NCBI GenBank assembly: GCA_964645795.1
Contig: CAZYCL010000002.1
Coordinates: 144,352 to 208,351, forward strand
From: an uncultured Planctomycetales bacterium
GTDB taxonomy: Bacteria; Omnitrophota; Gorgyraeia; Gygaellales; Profunditerraquicolaceae
DNA length: 64,000 nt
Reading direction: 5' to 3'
This document shows, in pieces, positions 39,772 to 51,239 of the stretch. Position numbers and translations under genes: made by a program. Under the pieces are notes generated by a model, which saw only the letters and a list, made by a program, of their open reading frames with translations, was not told the origin of the DNA and did no database searches. The stretch's first letter is position 1, and each line of letters begins with the position of its first letter.

Positions 39772-41689
39772 CCCACTCCTTTAGTATCCGGCGGGCAAGC
39801 CCGCGGACCTTCATGTTCCATAAAAAATGCCTTTTGGCCAGCCTTTCCAGATGCCTGCGCGCACACAACGCCCTGGCTTCATGCACCACTAAGATATTTT
39901 CCAGGATAAGGCTGTTTTTCGCACCCCAGGGGCTGGGTATATTCAGGAGCCTCTCTGCTGCCGCATCCCCATACTGCTGGTCGCGCATGAGAAGCAATAG
40001 GGCTTCTTTGCGCAGCGGCACGCTCTGCGAATCGAGAAGGCCCAAGAGGTACTCCGGTTCGGGCTTGGTTATTGAGCGCATGGCCCTGACCGCCTCGATC
40101 TTTATGAACTCGTTTGCGAATGAAACTATGTGCTTGAGCGCCTCCAGGGATGCCGGAGAATCTACAGCCGAAAGGCTAGCGATAAGGCGCGACAAAAAAT
40201 CCATATCGGAATACTTCGACTCAAGTATCCGCAGGAACGCCGGGAAGGACTGCGGGAAAAACTTAAAGAACATGCGCAGGACATAGGGATTGAAGTTGCC
40301 CTGCCTGAAGATGTTATCCAGGTAGGTTTCCGTAGTGAGGGTGCTCTGTGAAAGGTGCTCGATAAAGAAAGACAGCTCTTCGGCAGGCCTTTGCTCCCAG
40401 ATCATTTTTTCGATAAAAGCACCTATCTTTTTTTCCACCTCCAGGAAAACATCCCGGCCTAAACAATGAAGGCCTTCTTTGCGGATCAACAACTCAAGCA
40501 GTAACCTGAGGTACTCAAAATCCCGCCCCTCTACCATCTCTGCCATGCCCAGAGAAGACTTTTTAGCGACAAGCTCCGCATCCTCCTCAAGACTGGCTGT
40601 TTCCAGCAGGTTAAGAAGTATATAATGGTAATTAATATTAAGTTGCCCGCGATCAAAGGATCCGGTCTTGGTTTGAGAAAGGTCTTTAAGAAGGGTGGAG
40701 AGCGTGCCGCGGTATACCTCGGGGATAAGCTTATCTTCGGATAAGGACAGAAGCTCCTGTATTTTTTTGGCTAATTTCAGGCTGTCCTGCGCCGCCGATT
40801 TGGCCTTGGCTTTATCCAGAAAGGATGAAGCGATATCCTCCTGCCGGCTTTTTTCCGTAAGCCTGGAAAAGAGCTTGAGGCTCAAGGCGTCGAAGTTGCC
40901 GTCCGAGGAGACCCCTTCCCAGAGCAGGCCCGCAAGGTCCTCTTCGCTGAAATCCTGGAAAAGCTCCTTTATCCCGCCGTGTATCTCGGTCTCGGATATG
41001 TCTTTGGAACCTAACGCAAAACTGAACAGCTCGTTTGAACATTTATGGAACTTTTCTTTTTGGTGCTCTTTTAAATATACCAGGAACCCGCGCAGGCCCT
41101 CTTTTAACTGCGGGTCAGAACTGAGCTGCTGGGGCTTAAAGCTCCTTACTATCCTTTCAAAATCATCCGCATACTCATCGATCTTGCAGGAATCTTGGGC
41201 CAGCACGGCGTCGCGAAAAAGATGGGCCCAGACATCTTTGGCCTCCTTACCCTGCGTGCCCAGAAGCCCGGAGTAATCGACTTCCTGGACGAAAACGTTG
41301 GAACAATTGGCCTTCTTCAGGATGGCGCCTGTTCCGCCTGCGCGCAGCAACTCGCCTGAAGGCATGGCGATGGCGCTTAAAAACTCCACCAGCTCCCCGA
41401 GCCTTGCCCCCGGGTTTATCTGGATGCTCTTGATTTTGCGCAGGTGCAGCATCTGGGCCAACTCTATGAAGAACGATTCCCTGGAAAGCTTGACTTCTTC
41501 GACGATCATGAAATCCGGCGCGACATTTATCCTGATGGGTTTTAACACTAAAAGCAGCTGATCGGCTTTCTGTTTGAAGGTCTCTGCGCTTTTTAAGAAG
41601 TACGGGTGGTCTTTGGGGTAGGCGGCGGCGTTGTTTAATACTATGCGCAGGCTCTTTACGAAATCGATGATCAACTCATCTTTGTTCAT
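39761..41689 (-). CDS. Large helical protein: N-terminal domain paralogous to the HD-GYP protein's N-domain, C-terminal HEAT/ARM-like repeats
   Basis: 642 aa. Its N-terminus (AAAYPKDHPYFLKSAETFKQ...IEL..ML..R.IKSIQI) is clearly similar to the HD-GYP N-terminus (ASRLYGANHPLFEKAVEKAYQ...FEL..MN..AILFIK). Its stop overlaps the HD-GYP start by 11 nt. Confidence 0.6.
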   Translation of the reverse strand: MNKDELIIDFVKSLRIVLNNAAAYPKDHPYFLKSAETFKQKADQLLLVLKPIRINVAPDFMIVEEVKLSRESFFIELAQMLHLRKIKSIQINPGARLGELVEFLSAIAMPSGELLRAGGTGAILKKANCSNVFVQEVDYSGLLGTQGKEAKDVWAHLFRDAVLAQDSCKIDEYADDFERIVRSFKPQQLSSDPQLKEGLRGFLVYLKEHQKEKFHKCSNELFSFALGSKDISETEIHGGIKELFQDFSEEDLAGLLWEGVSSDGNFDALSLKLFSRLTEKSRQEDIASSFLDKAKAKSAAQDSLKLAKKIQELLSLSEDKLIPEVYRGTLSTLLKDLSQTKTGSFDRGQLNINYHYILLNLLETASLEEDAELVAKKSSLGMAEMVEGRDFEYLRLLLELLIRKEGLHCLGRDVFLEVEKKIGAFIEKMIWEQRPAEELSFFIEHLSQSTLTTETYLDNIFRQGNFNPYVLRMFFKFFPQSFPAFLRILESKYSDMDFLSRLIASLSAVDSPASLEALKHIVSFANEFIKIEAVRAMRSITKPEPEYLLGLLDSQSVPLRKEALLLLMRDQQYGDAAAERLLNIPSPWGAKNSLILENILVVHEARALCARRHLERLAKRHFLWNMKVRGLARRILKEWDVS

Positions 41690-41738
41690 ACGCCAGTTAT
41701 TTTACCCGTAAATCCGACAAAAGACAAGCGGCAAATGG

Positions 41739-41766
41739 AAGGGGCGGGTATATCTACCCGCCCCTT
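41739..41766 (-). terminator. Stem-loop terminator downstream of gdhA
   Basis: 12-bp perfect stem AAGGGGCGGGTA/TACCCGCCCCTT with loop TATC. A moderately T-rich tract follows on the minus strand. Confidence 0.5.
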
Positions 41767-41800
41767 TCTGCCTATACCGGGATCCGGCGAAAGAACAGTA

Positions 41801-44621
<2,821 letters not shown>

Positions 44622-44625
<4 letters not shown>

Positions 44626-45452
44626 TTTATTAAAAGATTGCAGATGTGCTTTTCTTTATCGCTGTAGATCTTATTGCGCTTGGCGAGCTCCTCCCAATCA
44701 ACCGAATGGCCGTCAAAATCCGGGCCGTCAACGCAGCTGAATCTGGTCTTTCCTGACACGCTAACCCGGCAGCAGCCGCACATACCGGTGCCGTCAACCA
44801 TCAGGGCATTAAGGGAAACTATCGTCTTAATTTTATATTCGGCAGTAATGGAAGAGATTACCTTCATCATCGGGATAGGCCCTACCGCATAGACCAGATC
44901 ATACTTGTTTTTCGCCAAAAGCTCCTTGAGTATATCGGCGTTAAATCCCTTCCTGCCGTAAGAGCCGTCATCAGTGGCTACATAGAACTCGTCAGAGGTG
45001 CCTTTAAGCTCACTCTCCAGGATAAGCAGGTCCCTGGTCCTGGCGCCCAATATGGTAGTCAGGTGATTGCCGGCGCTTTTCCAGGCAGAGGCAACCGGAT
45101 AGATCTCGGCTATCCCCACCCCGCCGCCAAGAATAACGACCCTGCCGAAGTTCCTGGTTTCGGTGGGCTGACCCAATGGTCCGACCAAAGCATAGAGACT
45201 ATCCCCTTCTTCCATCTTTCCCAGGAGCCTGGTTGTAAGCCCTGCCTCCTGGAATATAAGGGTAACGGTTTTCTTTTGCTGATCCCTATCCACCAGGGTC
45301 AGAGGGATCCTTTCGCCTTCAGGATGGGTCATTAAGACCACAAACTGGCCTGCCCGGGCCTTGGCCGCGATATCTGCGGCACTGACCTGTATCTGGATGA
45401 CCCGGGCTCCCGGGATGTCGGCTAACACTCTTTTTTCGGTTATCTTAAACAC
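44622..45452 (-). CDS. nfnA: NfnA/SudB/PyrK-like FAD and [2Fe-2S] subunit
   Basis: 276 aa. Ferredoxin-NADP-reductase-like fold with a C-terminal Cys cluster (CGCCRVS...FSCVDGP). Overlaps nfnB by 4 nt. Confidence 0.78.
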
Positions 45453-45606
45453 GGAAGGCTCCGTTTAACGGGGAGTAAAGAAAATAGCGCCCCCTCTTTA
45501 TATTTTTGACGATAAAGAAAGGACGCCCTTGTCCTTTGGTGGAAATTAGAAGGATTTTAACATATGGGCCCTGTTTGTCAAGGGAATTCATATAGGCAGA
45601 TATTGC

Positions 45607-46068
45607 CTAATCTTTAGGCACCGGGACCTTTAATACTGCCTTTTTAACTGTTTTCGCCTTTACGCCGGCTGCCAGTCCCGGTTTATGTGCATCGCCAGGG
45701 AAGAATACCGCAAAAAAATTTTTCTCCATCAAGACGGAAACCGCGAGAGGCCGGGATTTATACAGCGTTATATCCTTCTTACGGTCATAGCCTTTTAACA
45801 AGCGAAGGTTTGCGGCAGGGGCCCAGCGGATGCGCTCTTTTCCTATGACGACACGCTGGATATCGATGAATCTGCGGTGACTCTCAAATATGCCATCATC
45901 CTGCATTTTGGTATCATAGGAGCTGACGATCAGTTTCAGGCCGCCGGCAAGCTCCCTTGTCCCCGGCCGGATATCAGGCCTTATTCCTGCTATCAGGATC
46001 AGGCCGCGCTTAAGCAGGGGCGATATTTTAAAGTAGTTTTGGATGTTTTTTAAGCCGTCAAAGATCAT
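45607..46068 (-). CDS. Hypothetical protein
   Basis: 153-aa ORF starting 10 bp downstream of the NapH-like gene. No confident family assignment. Confidence 0.4.
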   Translation of the reverse strand: MIFDGLKNIQNYFKISPLLKRGLILIAGIRPDIRPGTRELAGGLKLIVSSYDTKMQDDGIFESHRRFIDIQRVVIGKERIRWAPAANLRLLKGYDRKKDITLYKSRPLAVSVLMEKNFFAVFFPGDAHKPGLAAGVKAKTVKKAVLKVPVPKD

Positions 46069-46077
46069 ATCTGAAAG

Positions 46078-46740
46078 TCAGCGGCTGAGGGCTTTTTTCG
46101 GACAGGCGGCAATGCAGAGATCGCATTTAAGGCAATCCGCCTCCCGAACCATCCGCCTGCCCTCGGCTTTGTAAGCGTAGGGCTTAATCTGAACGGGACA
46201 GGCATTAGCGCAGGCCTTACAATCGATGCATGACTGCGAGTCGATTAATAATGGGTATTTAGACCTGCCTATAAGGTTTAAGACAGTGCCAATGGGGCAT
46301 ATCATGCACCAGCTGCGCTGATGGAAAAATAAAGCAAGGATTATGCCGATAGCCGTGGTAACCGTAAGCATTATCAAAAAGAACTTCCCGATAGATACGA
46401 TATCCGGCCATAACCTGATGAGATTGGCAAGCATTATTGACAAAAGCAGGACGATTACGAAAATACGAAAACGAATATTTTTAAACACAGCGGGTATTTC
46501 TTTCTTGGGACTGACAAGGCTTACCAGGCAGTCATAGAAGCTGCCCCGCGGACAATACCAGTTGCACCAAACCCTGCCCCGCCGAACCCCGAAAGCTATG
46601 CCGGCCAGCATGCATAAGGGGATAAAGAAACCCAGTACCGGGTAGCGCCAGCCAAAAATAAGGATAAGCAGAAAAACCAGGGCTGTTAAAAACTGCTTGG
46701 CTTGTCTGAAGCGTTTGAGCCTCTCAAGTTGTTCAGGCAT
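46078..46740 (-). CDS. NapH/MauN-like membrane polyferredoxin (CxxxCP motifs plus 2x[4Fe-4S])
   Basis: 220 aa with TM helices. Contains WCNWYCP and CMICPIG (CX3CP-type) motifs and the C-terminal clusters CIDCKACANACP and CLKCDLCIAACP. Confidence 0.7.
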   Translation of the reverse strand: MPEQLERLKRFRQAKQFLTALVFLLILIFGWRYPVLGFFIPLCMLAGIAFGVRRGRVWCNWYCPRGSFYDCLVSLVSPKKEIPAVFKNIRFRIFVIVLLLSIMLANLIRLWPDIVSIGKFFLIMLTVTTAIGIILALFFHQRSWCMICPIGTVLNLIGRSKYPLLIDSQSCIDCKACANACPVQIKPYAYKAEGRRMVREADCLKCDLCIAACPKKALSR

Positions 46741-46744
46741 AGGT

Positions 46745-47662
46745 TTAGAATTTATTGCGCGCCAGGTAGTTGAAGGCGGCCAGCGCCGCTTTTGAGCCTT
46801 CTCCGGCAGCGATGATTATCTGCTTCTCCGGGACATTGGTGACGTCTCCTGCCGCAAAAATCCCGTCGATGCTGGTCTGGTTGTGCCGGTCGACTTCTAT
46901 CTCGCCGAACTCATTCTTCTTTACGTCTTTTAAGAACTCGGAGTTAGGTATAAGCCCGATCTCAACAAATACGCCTTCAACCGCGATAATATCTTCGCCG
47001 CCATCCTTCTTTATCTTTATGCTTTTTACGAACTTGTCGCCCGATACGGAAATGACCCGGGAATCATTGAGAACCGTAACATTCGCCGAAGCTTCGACTT
47101 TCTCGCGCATGACTTTATCGCCGCCAAGCCTGGCAGTATTGTTGATGATATAGGTATGGCTGGCGATCTTGATTAATTGCAGGGCGGCATCGAGCGCAGA
47201 GTTGCCTCCGCCGATTACCGCAACATCTTTGCCCGAGAAGAGGGGGCCGTCGCAGGTAGCGCAATAAGTAAGGCCGCGGTTCTTAAACTCTTTCTCTCCC
47301 GGCACGCCCAGCTCCCTGGAGCGCTTGCCGCTAGCAACGATGAGACTCCGGGATTCATAGGTTGACTTGGCGGTGCGCACGCTTATGGAGTCGCCGGCCT
47401 TATTTACCTCCAATACCGGCTCTGCCTCGCGCACATCGATATCATACCTGCGCATATGCTCTTCGAACTTGGCTGCCAGCTCCGGGCCGCTGATAAACTG
47501 ATAGCCCGTGTAATTCTCCACATCGCCGCTCCAGGCTGCCTGGCCGCCGATGTCGCCGGTCAAAACCAGGATATCCATGCGTTTACGCGAGGCATATACC
47601 GCGGCGGTAATACCCGCGGGTCCGGCCCCGATTATAATAAGATCATAAATCATTGCGCTCAT
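46745..47662 (-). CDS. trxB: Thioredoxin-disulfide reductase
   Basis: 305 aa. GAGPAG FAD motif and the CATC redox-active disulfide. Confidence 0.92.
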   Translation of the reverse strand: MSAMIYDLIIIGAGPAGITAAVYASRKRMDILVLTGDIGGQAAWSGDVENYTGYQFISGPELAAKFEEHMRRYDIDVREAEPVLEVNKAGDSISVRTAKSTYESRSLIVASGKRSRELGVPGEKEFKNRGLTYCATCDGPLFSGKDVAVIGGGNSALDAALQLIKIASHTYIINNTARLGGDKVMREKVEASANVTVLNDSRVISVSGDKFVKSIKIKKDGGEDIIAVEGVFVEIGLIPNSEFLKDVKKNEFGEIEVDRHNQTSIDGIFAAGDVTNVPEKQIIIAAGEGSKAALAAFNYLARNKF

Positions 47663-47889
47663 GGTATTTTAAGTCGATTGCGAAATAGCTTAAGCTCTGC
47701 GCATGAATTTGTTCGCGCACGAAAATTTTTGCCGTGCACTGCGGTTTACTCCTCGCTTTCGCAGCTGCGCCTGTATATTCTCGGTGCTGCCGCTCGTCGT
47801 AATCCCTTGTGCACTTCAACTTAAAAGTTCAGTGCCAAAAATTTTCTAATGTGCGCTTACAAATCCCTGCGCGGAGCTTAAGATTAGGC

Positions 47890-48126
47890 CTATACTCCCA
47901 AAGCTTTCTTGATCCTCTCCTTATCGAAACCGACGATGATCTCGCCTTCGATGTCCAGCACCGGCACGCCCATCTGCCCGGACTTCTTGACCATCTCCTC
48001 GGCTGCGCCTTCATTGGAGGCGACGTCCATGTCCTGGAAAACCACGTTATTCTCTTTAAGGAACTGTTTTACCCTTATGCACCAGGGGCAGGTAGAAGTA
48101 CTGTAGACCATAACGTTTTTAGCCAT
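47890..48126 (-). CDS. Glutaredoxin-like protein (CPWC active site; NrdH/Grx family)
   Basis: 78 aa of the thioredoxin fold with a CPWC motif. Confidence 0.8.
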   Translation of the reverse strand: MAKNVMVYSTSTCPWCIRVKQFLKENNVVFQDMDVASNEGAAEEMVKKSGQMGVPVLDIEGEIIVGFDKERIKKALGV

Positions 48127-48164
48127 TTCTTTTCCTTTCTCTTGTGTTTGCCGGCTGTGACTGG

Positions 48165-48626
48165 CTACTTCAGCCTGCCGGGAGTAAGATCCACAACTTC
48201 TTGCACGTCGACAACGATCATATATGCCGGCGCAGGCAGGAAGATCTCCGGATGCCGCGGATGGCCTTTCTCCTCCCGGATGTTCTTTAAAAGCCTCTGC
48301 GTAAGCCTGCTGGTGATCTTGTCTTCCCAGAGCTTAAGGATCCTGGCAGGGATCCTGTCTTTACTTATTAACCTGGCGCTGCCCTTAAGATAGTAACCCT
48401 TGAACTTATGCTCATCGACCGCAGCCAGCGATATTTTAGCCCTCTTCTTAAGATTGGTAAAGGTGCGCTTGGTGTAAAGGTCTAAGAGATACACCTTGCC
48501 CTGGCTGGTAATCTCTACGATCCCCTTGCAGGAGACGTCGGGATAACCCGCCCCATCAACGGTGCAGACTACGGCAAAGCTCTGCCCCTGGAAAAATTGC
48601 AGGACATCTTCCGGGATCCTGGCCAT
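48165..48626 (-). CDS. Pyridoxamine 5'-phosphate oxidase-like FMN-binding protein
   Basis: 153 aa with the split-barrel FMN-binding pattern. Its ATG overlaps the stop of the upstream small ORF (TAATG). Confidence 0.7.
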   Translation of the reverse strand: MARIPEDVLQFFQGQSFAVVCTVDGAGYPDVSCKGIVEITSQGKVYLLDLYTKRTFTNLKKRAKISLAAVDEHKFKGYYLKGSARLISKDRIPARILKLWEDKITSRLTQRLLKNIREEKGHPRHPEIFLPAPAYMIVVDVQEVVDLTPGRLK

Positions 48627-48802
48627 TATTGTCTAAGTTCGAGGATCTTTTTCTCGATGAGCTGTTTGTGCTTCTCTTCTTCCGAAAGGAGGAACTCAAA
48701 AACATCCCGGGCCACAGGAAACTCAAGGATGAACTTCCTGTATAACTCTATGGACTGCATCTCCCGCTTTTTTGCTAACTCCAAGGCTTCGACCGGACCC
48801 AT
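48626..48802 (-). CDS. Small helical protein with an EEEKH (E-x-x-H) motif; possible ferritin-like/rubrerythrin-like half-domain. Not in the ORF track because it is under 60 aa
   Basis: 58-aa ORF MGPVEALELAKKREMQSIELYRKFILEFPVARDVFEFLLSEEEKHKQLIEKKILELRQ. Its ATG directly abuts the flavodiiron protein stop (TAAATG) and its stop overlaps the next start, so it is translationally coupled on both sides. Confidence 0.45.
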   Translation of the reverse strand: MGPVEALELAKKREMQSIELYRKFILEFPVARDVFEFLLSEEEKHKQLIEKKILELRQ

Positions 48803-49999
48803 TTATTTTTCTCCTTTTATCTGCGCAGCAAAACTTCTGCCCAAATCATAACAACGCCCCAGCTCAAAATCATCCGGGACATATTTGACCGAAAGCCCTG
48901 CCTCTGACAGCTGCATACCGGATTCCGCAGCTATCCCCTCTATTTCTTTCACCGCCCCTCCTGCCCACCCGTAAGAGCCAAAGACCGCGGCCTTGCGGCC
49001 TTTGGGCTTGAAACCTTTTACCAGCTCCAGGAACGCGGCCATATTCGGCAGCATGTCATTGTCGTGGGTGGATGAGCCAAAAATAAACCCGCGGGCATCA
49101 AGCATATCTTTGATTATCTCGGTGCGATCGGTTGAGGCCACGTCATAAAGCTTGACAGCTACACCCCCATCAACTAAGCCATCGCAGATCTTCCTGGCCA
49201 TCATGGCGGTAGAGCCCCACATGGTTTCATAGGCAATAACCGCCTTAGCCTTAGTTTCACCCTTGGCCCAGGCCAGATACGCATTGATGATTTTATCCGG
49301 ATCCCTGCGCCAGATGATCCCGTGGCTGGGAGCGATCATGCGTATGGGGATATTAAGCTTTTGCACCTCTTCGATCTTCTTCAAAATTATACTGCCCAAA
49401 GGCCAAAGTATATTAGCGTAATATTTGGCTGCCTCATCCATCAGCGCGCACTGATCCGCCTCATCGTCAAACCGCTCGCTTGTGGCATAGTGCTGGCCGA
49501 AGGCGTCATTAGGCATAAGCAGCGCCTCCTCAGGGCAATAGGTGAACATGCTGTCCGGCCAGTGGATCATGGGGGCCTCGATGAATGTAAGGGTGCGCTT
49601 GCCTAAATTTATTTTATCTCCGGTCTTTACTACCTGAAAATCCCAGTTTCCGTAGTAATGCTTTAAAAGACCGTCTTTGCCTTTGGCGCTCGATATCAGC
49701 TTTGCTTTGGGGCAGGCCTTCATGATCGCAGGCAGCGCTCCGGAATGATCTGCCTCAACGTGGTTAGAGACCACATAATCGATCTTTGCCGGGTCAATTA
49801 TCTGGCTGATATTGGCAGCGAGCTCTTCAGAGAAGCCCGCGGCCACCGTGTCGATGAGGGCCGGCTTTTCGTCTATGAGAAGATAGGCGTTATAGCTGGT
49901 GCCCCTCTTAGTAGTGTAGGTGTGGCCGTGAAACTCGCGGACGTTCCAGTCGACTACGCCGACTGAATAGATATCCGGTAATATTTTTTGCGCCGACAT
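48803..49999 (-). CDS. Flavodiiron protein (FprA; O2/NO reductase)
   Basis: 398 aa. N-terminal metallo-beta-lactamase-like di-iron domain (HVEADHSG) plus a C-terminal flavodoxin domain. Confidence 0.9.
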   Translation of the reverse strand: MSAQKILPDIYSVGVVDWNVREFHGHTYTTKRGTSYNAYLLIDEKPALIDTVAAGFSEELAANISQIIDPAKIDYVVSNHVEADHSGALPAIMKACPKAKLISSAKGKDGLLKHYYGNWDFQVVKTGDKINLGKRTLTFIEAPMIHWPDSMFTYCPEEALLMPNDAFGQHYATSERFDDEADQCALMDEAAKYYANILWPLGSIILKKIEEVQKLNIPIRMIAPSHGIIWRRDPDKIINAYLAWAKGETKAKAVIAYETMWGSTAMMARKICDGLVDGGVAVKLYDVASTDRTEIIKDMLDARGFIFGSSTHDNDMLPNMAAFLELVKGFKPKGRKAAVFGSYGWAGGAVKEIEGIAAESGMQLSEAGLSVKYVPDDFELGRCYDLGRSFAAQIKGEK

Positions 50000-50021
50000 G
50001 GTTTCGCTCCTTCAAAAGAAC

Positions 50022-50726
50022 TCAATACCCCTGGAAATTTTCGGTGATTATTTTATCTTGTGCCAGCCCCAGTTCCTGGCTCAACATTCTCTTCATCTCC
50101 TCGACCATCCCGGGAGGGCCGCATAAGTAAAACAGCCGCTCTTTATAGTCGGGGATCTCCTTTTTGATGAGCCCGGAGTTGATGATGCCGCTAACACAGC
50201 TAAAACCAGGATGGGCTTCGCATAAGATGTGGACAACCTTAAACTTCGGATACTGCTTCTGAATAACCTCAAGCTCATCCCTGAAGGCAATATCGTCAAT
50301 AGTGCGGTTTGAATACAGAAGCACCATGTCCTTATCCAGCTTCATATCCGCGGCATACTTGGCCATGCTTCTTATGGGGGTTATCCCTATGCCTCCTGAC
50401 AAGAAAGCTATCTTGTTGACCGAATCCTCCAGAGTAAATTTGCCCATAGGATATTGAATATTTACTCTATCGCCGGCCTTAAGAGCATCTAGGGCCCTTG
50501 AGAAATCGCTGTCGGTGAGCTTTTTGGTAAACTCGATATAGCCGGTTTCCGTGGGGGAGCTTGATATTGAGAGGTAACGCTTGAACTCTTTCTGGGGTCG
50601 CAGACTTACGGATAAGAACTGCCCTGCCTTAAATGCAACAGACCCTTCAGTCTCCACCCTTATGCTTTTTACATTATGAGTGCGCCTGATCACTTCTTTT
50701 ATCTTTACCTCTATCTCATTAGGCAT
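50022..50726 (-). CDS. FNR-like FAD/NAD(P)-binding oxidoreductase (ferredoxin-NADP reductase family, no Fe-S domain)
   Basis: 234 aa. RYLSISS FAD-binding motif, GGIGITP NAD-binding motif and a C-terminal CGPPGM motif. Confidence 0.75.
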   Translation of the reverse strand: MPNEIEVKIKEVIRRTHNVKSIRVETEGSVAFKAGQFLSVSLRPQKEFKRYLSISSSPTETGYIEFTKKLTDSDFSRALDALKAGDRVNIQYPMGKFTLEDSVNKIAFLSGGIGITPIRSMAKYAADMKLDKDMVLLYSNRTIDDIAFRDELEVIQKQYPKFKVVHILCEAHPGFSCVSGIINSGLIKKEIPDYKERLFYLCGPPGMVEEMKRMLSQELGLAQDKIITENFQGY

Positions 50727-50729
50727 GGC

Positions 50730-51239
50730 CTATCCTTTAAGCTGATTTATGATCTGGCGGCAGAATGCCGGCAGGTCATAGGGGTTACGCGAGGTGATCA
50801 GGTTCTTATCCACGACAACTTCCTTATCCATAAATTTAGCCCCGGCATTGATCAGGTCGTCCTTGATCGCCGAAAAACTAGTGGCGCTCCTGCCTTTAAG
50901 TAGCCCCGGGCAGGAACAAAGGACCCAGCCGCCGTGGCAGATAGAAGCTACGACCTTACCCTGCTTATCCATCTGAGCAACAAATTCGTTTACCTCGGGA
51001 TACCTCCTTAATATATCGGGGGCAAATCCCCCCGGGATCACTACGGCATCGAAATCCGCAGGGTCCGCCTGCTGTATGGCAAGCTCTTCATCCGCAAGAT
51101 AGCCCTCCTTGCTTTTATAGCTCTTTTTACCCGTACCCACCAGCACAGTATGGAAGCCTTCTTCCCGCAGGCGCAGATACGGATACCAGACCTCCAGCAC
51201 CTGATAAAGGTCTTCAACCAGCACGGCTATCTTTTTCAT
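50730..51239 (-). CDS. DJ-1/PfpI family protein
   Basis: 169 aa with the VVIPGG...ICHGG nucleophile-elbow Cys motif. Confidence 0.85.
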   Translation of the reverse strand: MKKIAVLVEDLYQVLEVWYPYLRLREEGFHTVLVGTGKKSYKSKEGYLADEELAIQQADPADFDAVVIPGGFAPDILRRYPEVNEFVAQMDKQGKVVASICHGGWVLCSCPGLLKGRSATSFSAIKDDLINAGAKFMDKEVVVDKNLITSRNPYDLPAFCRQIINQLKG

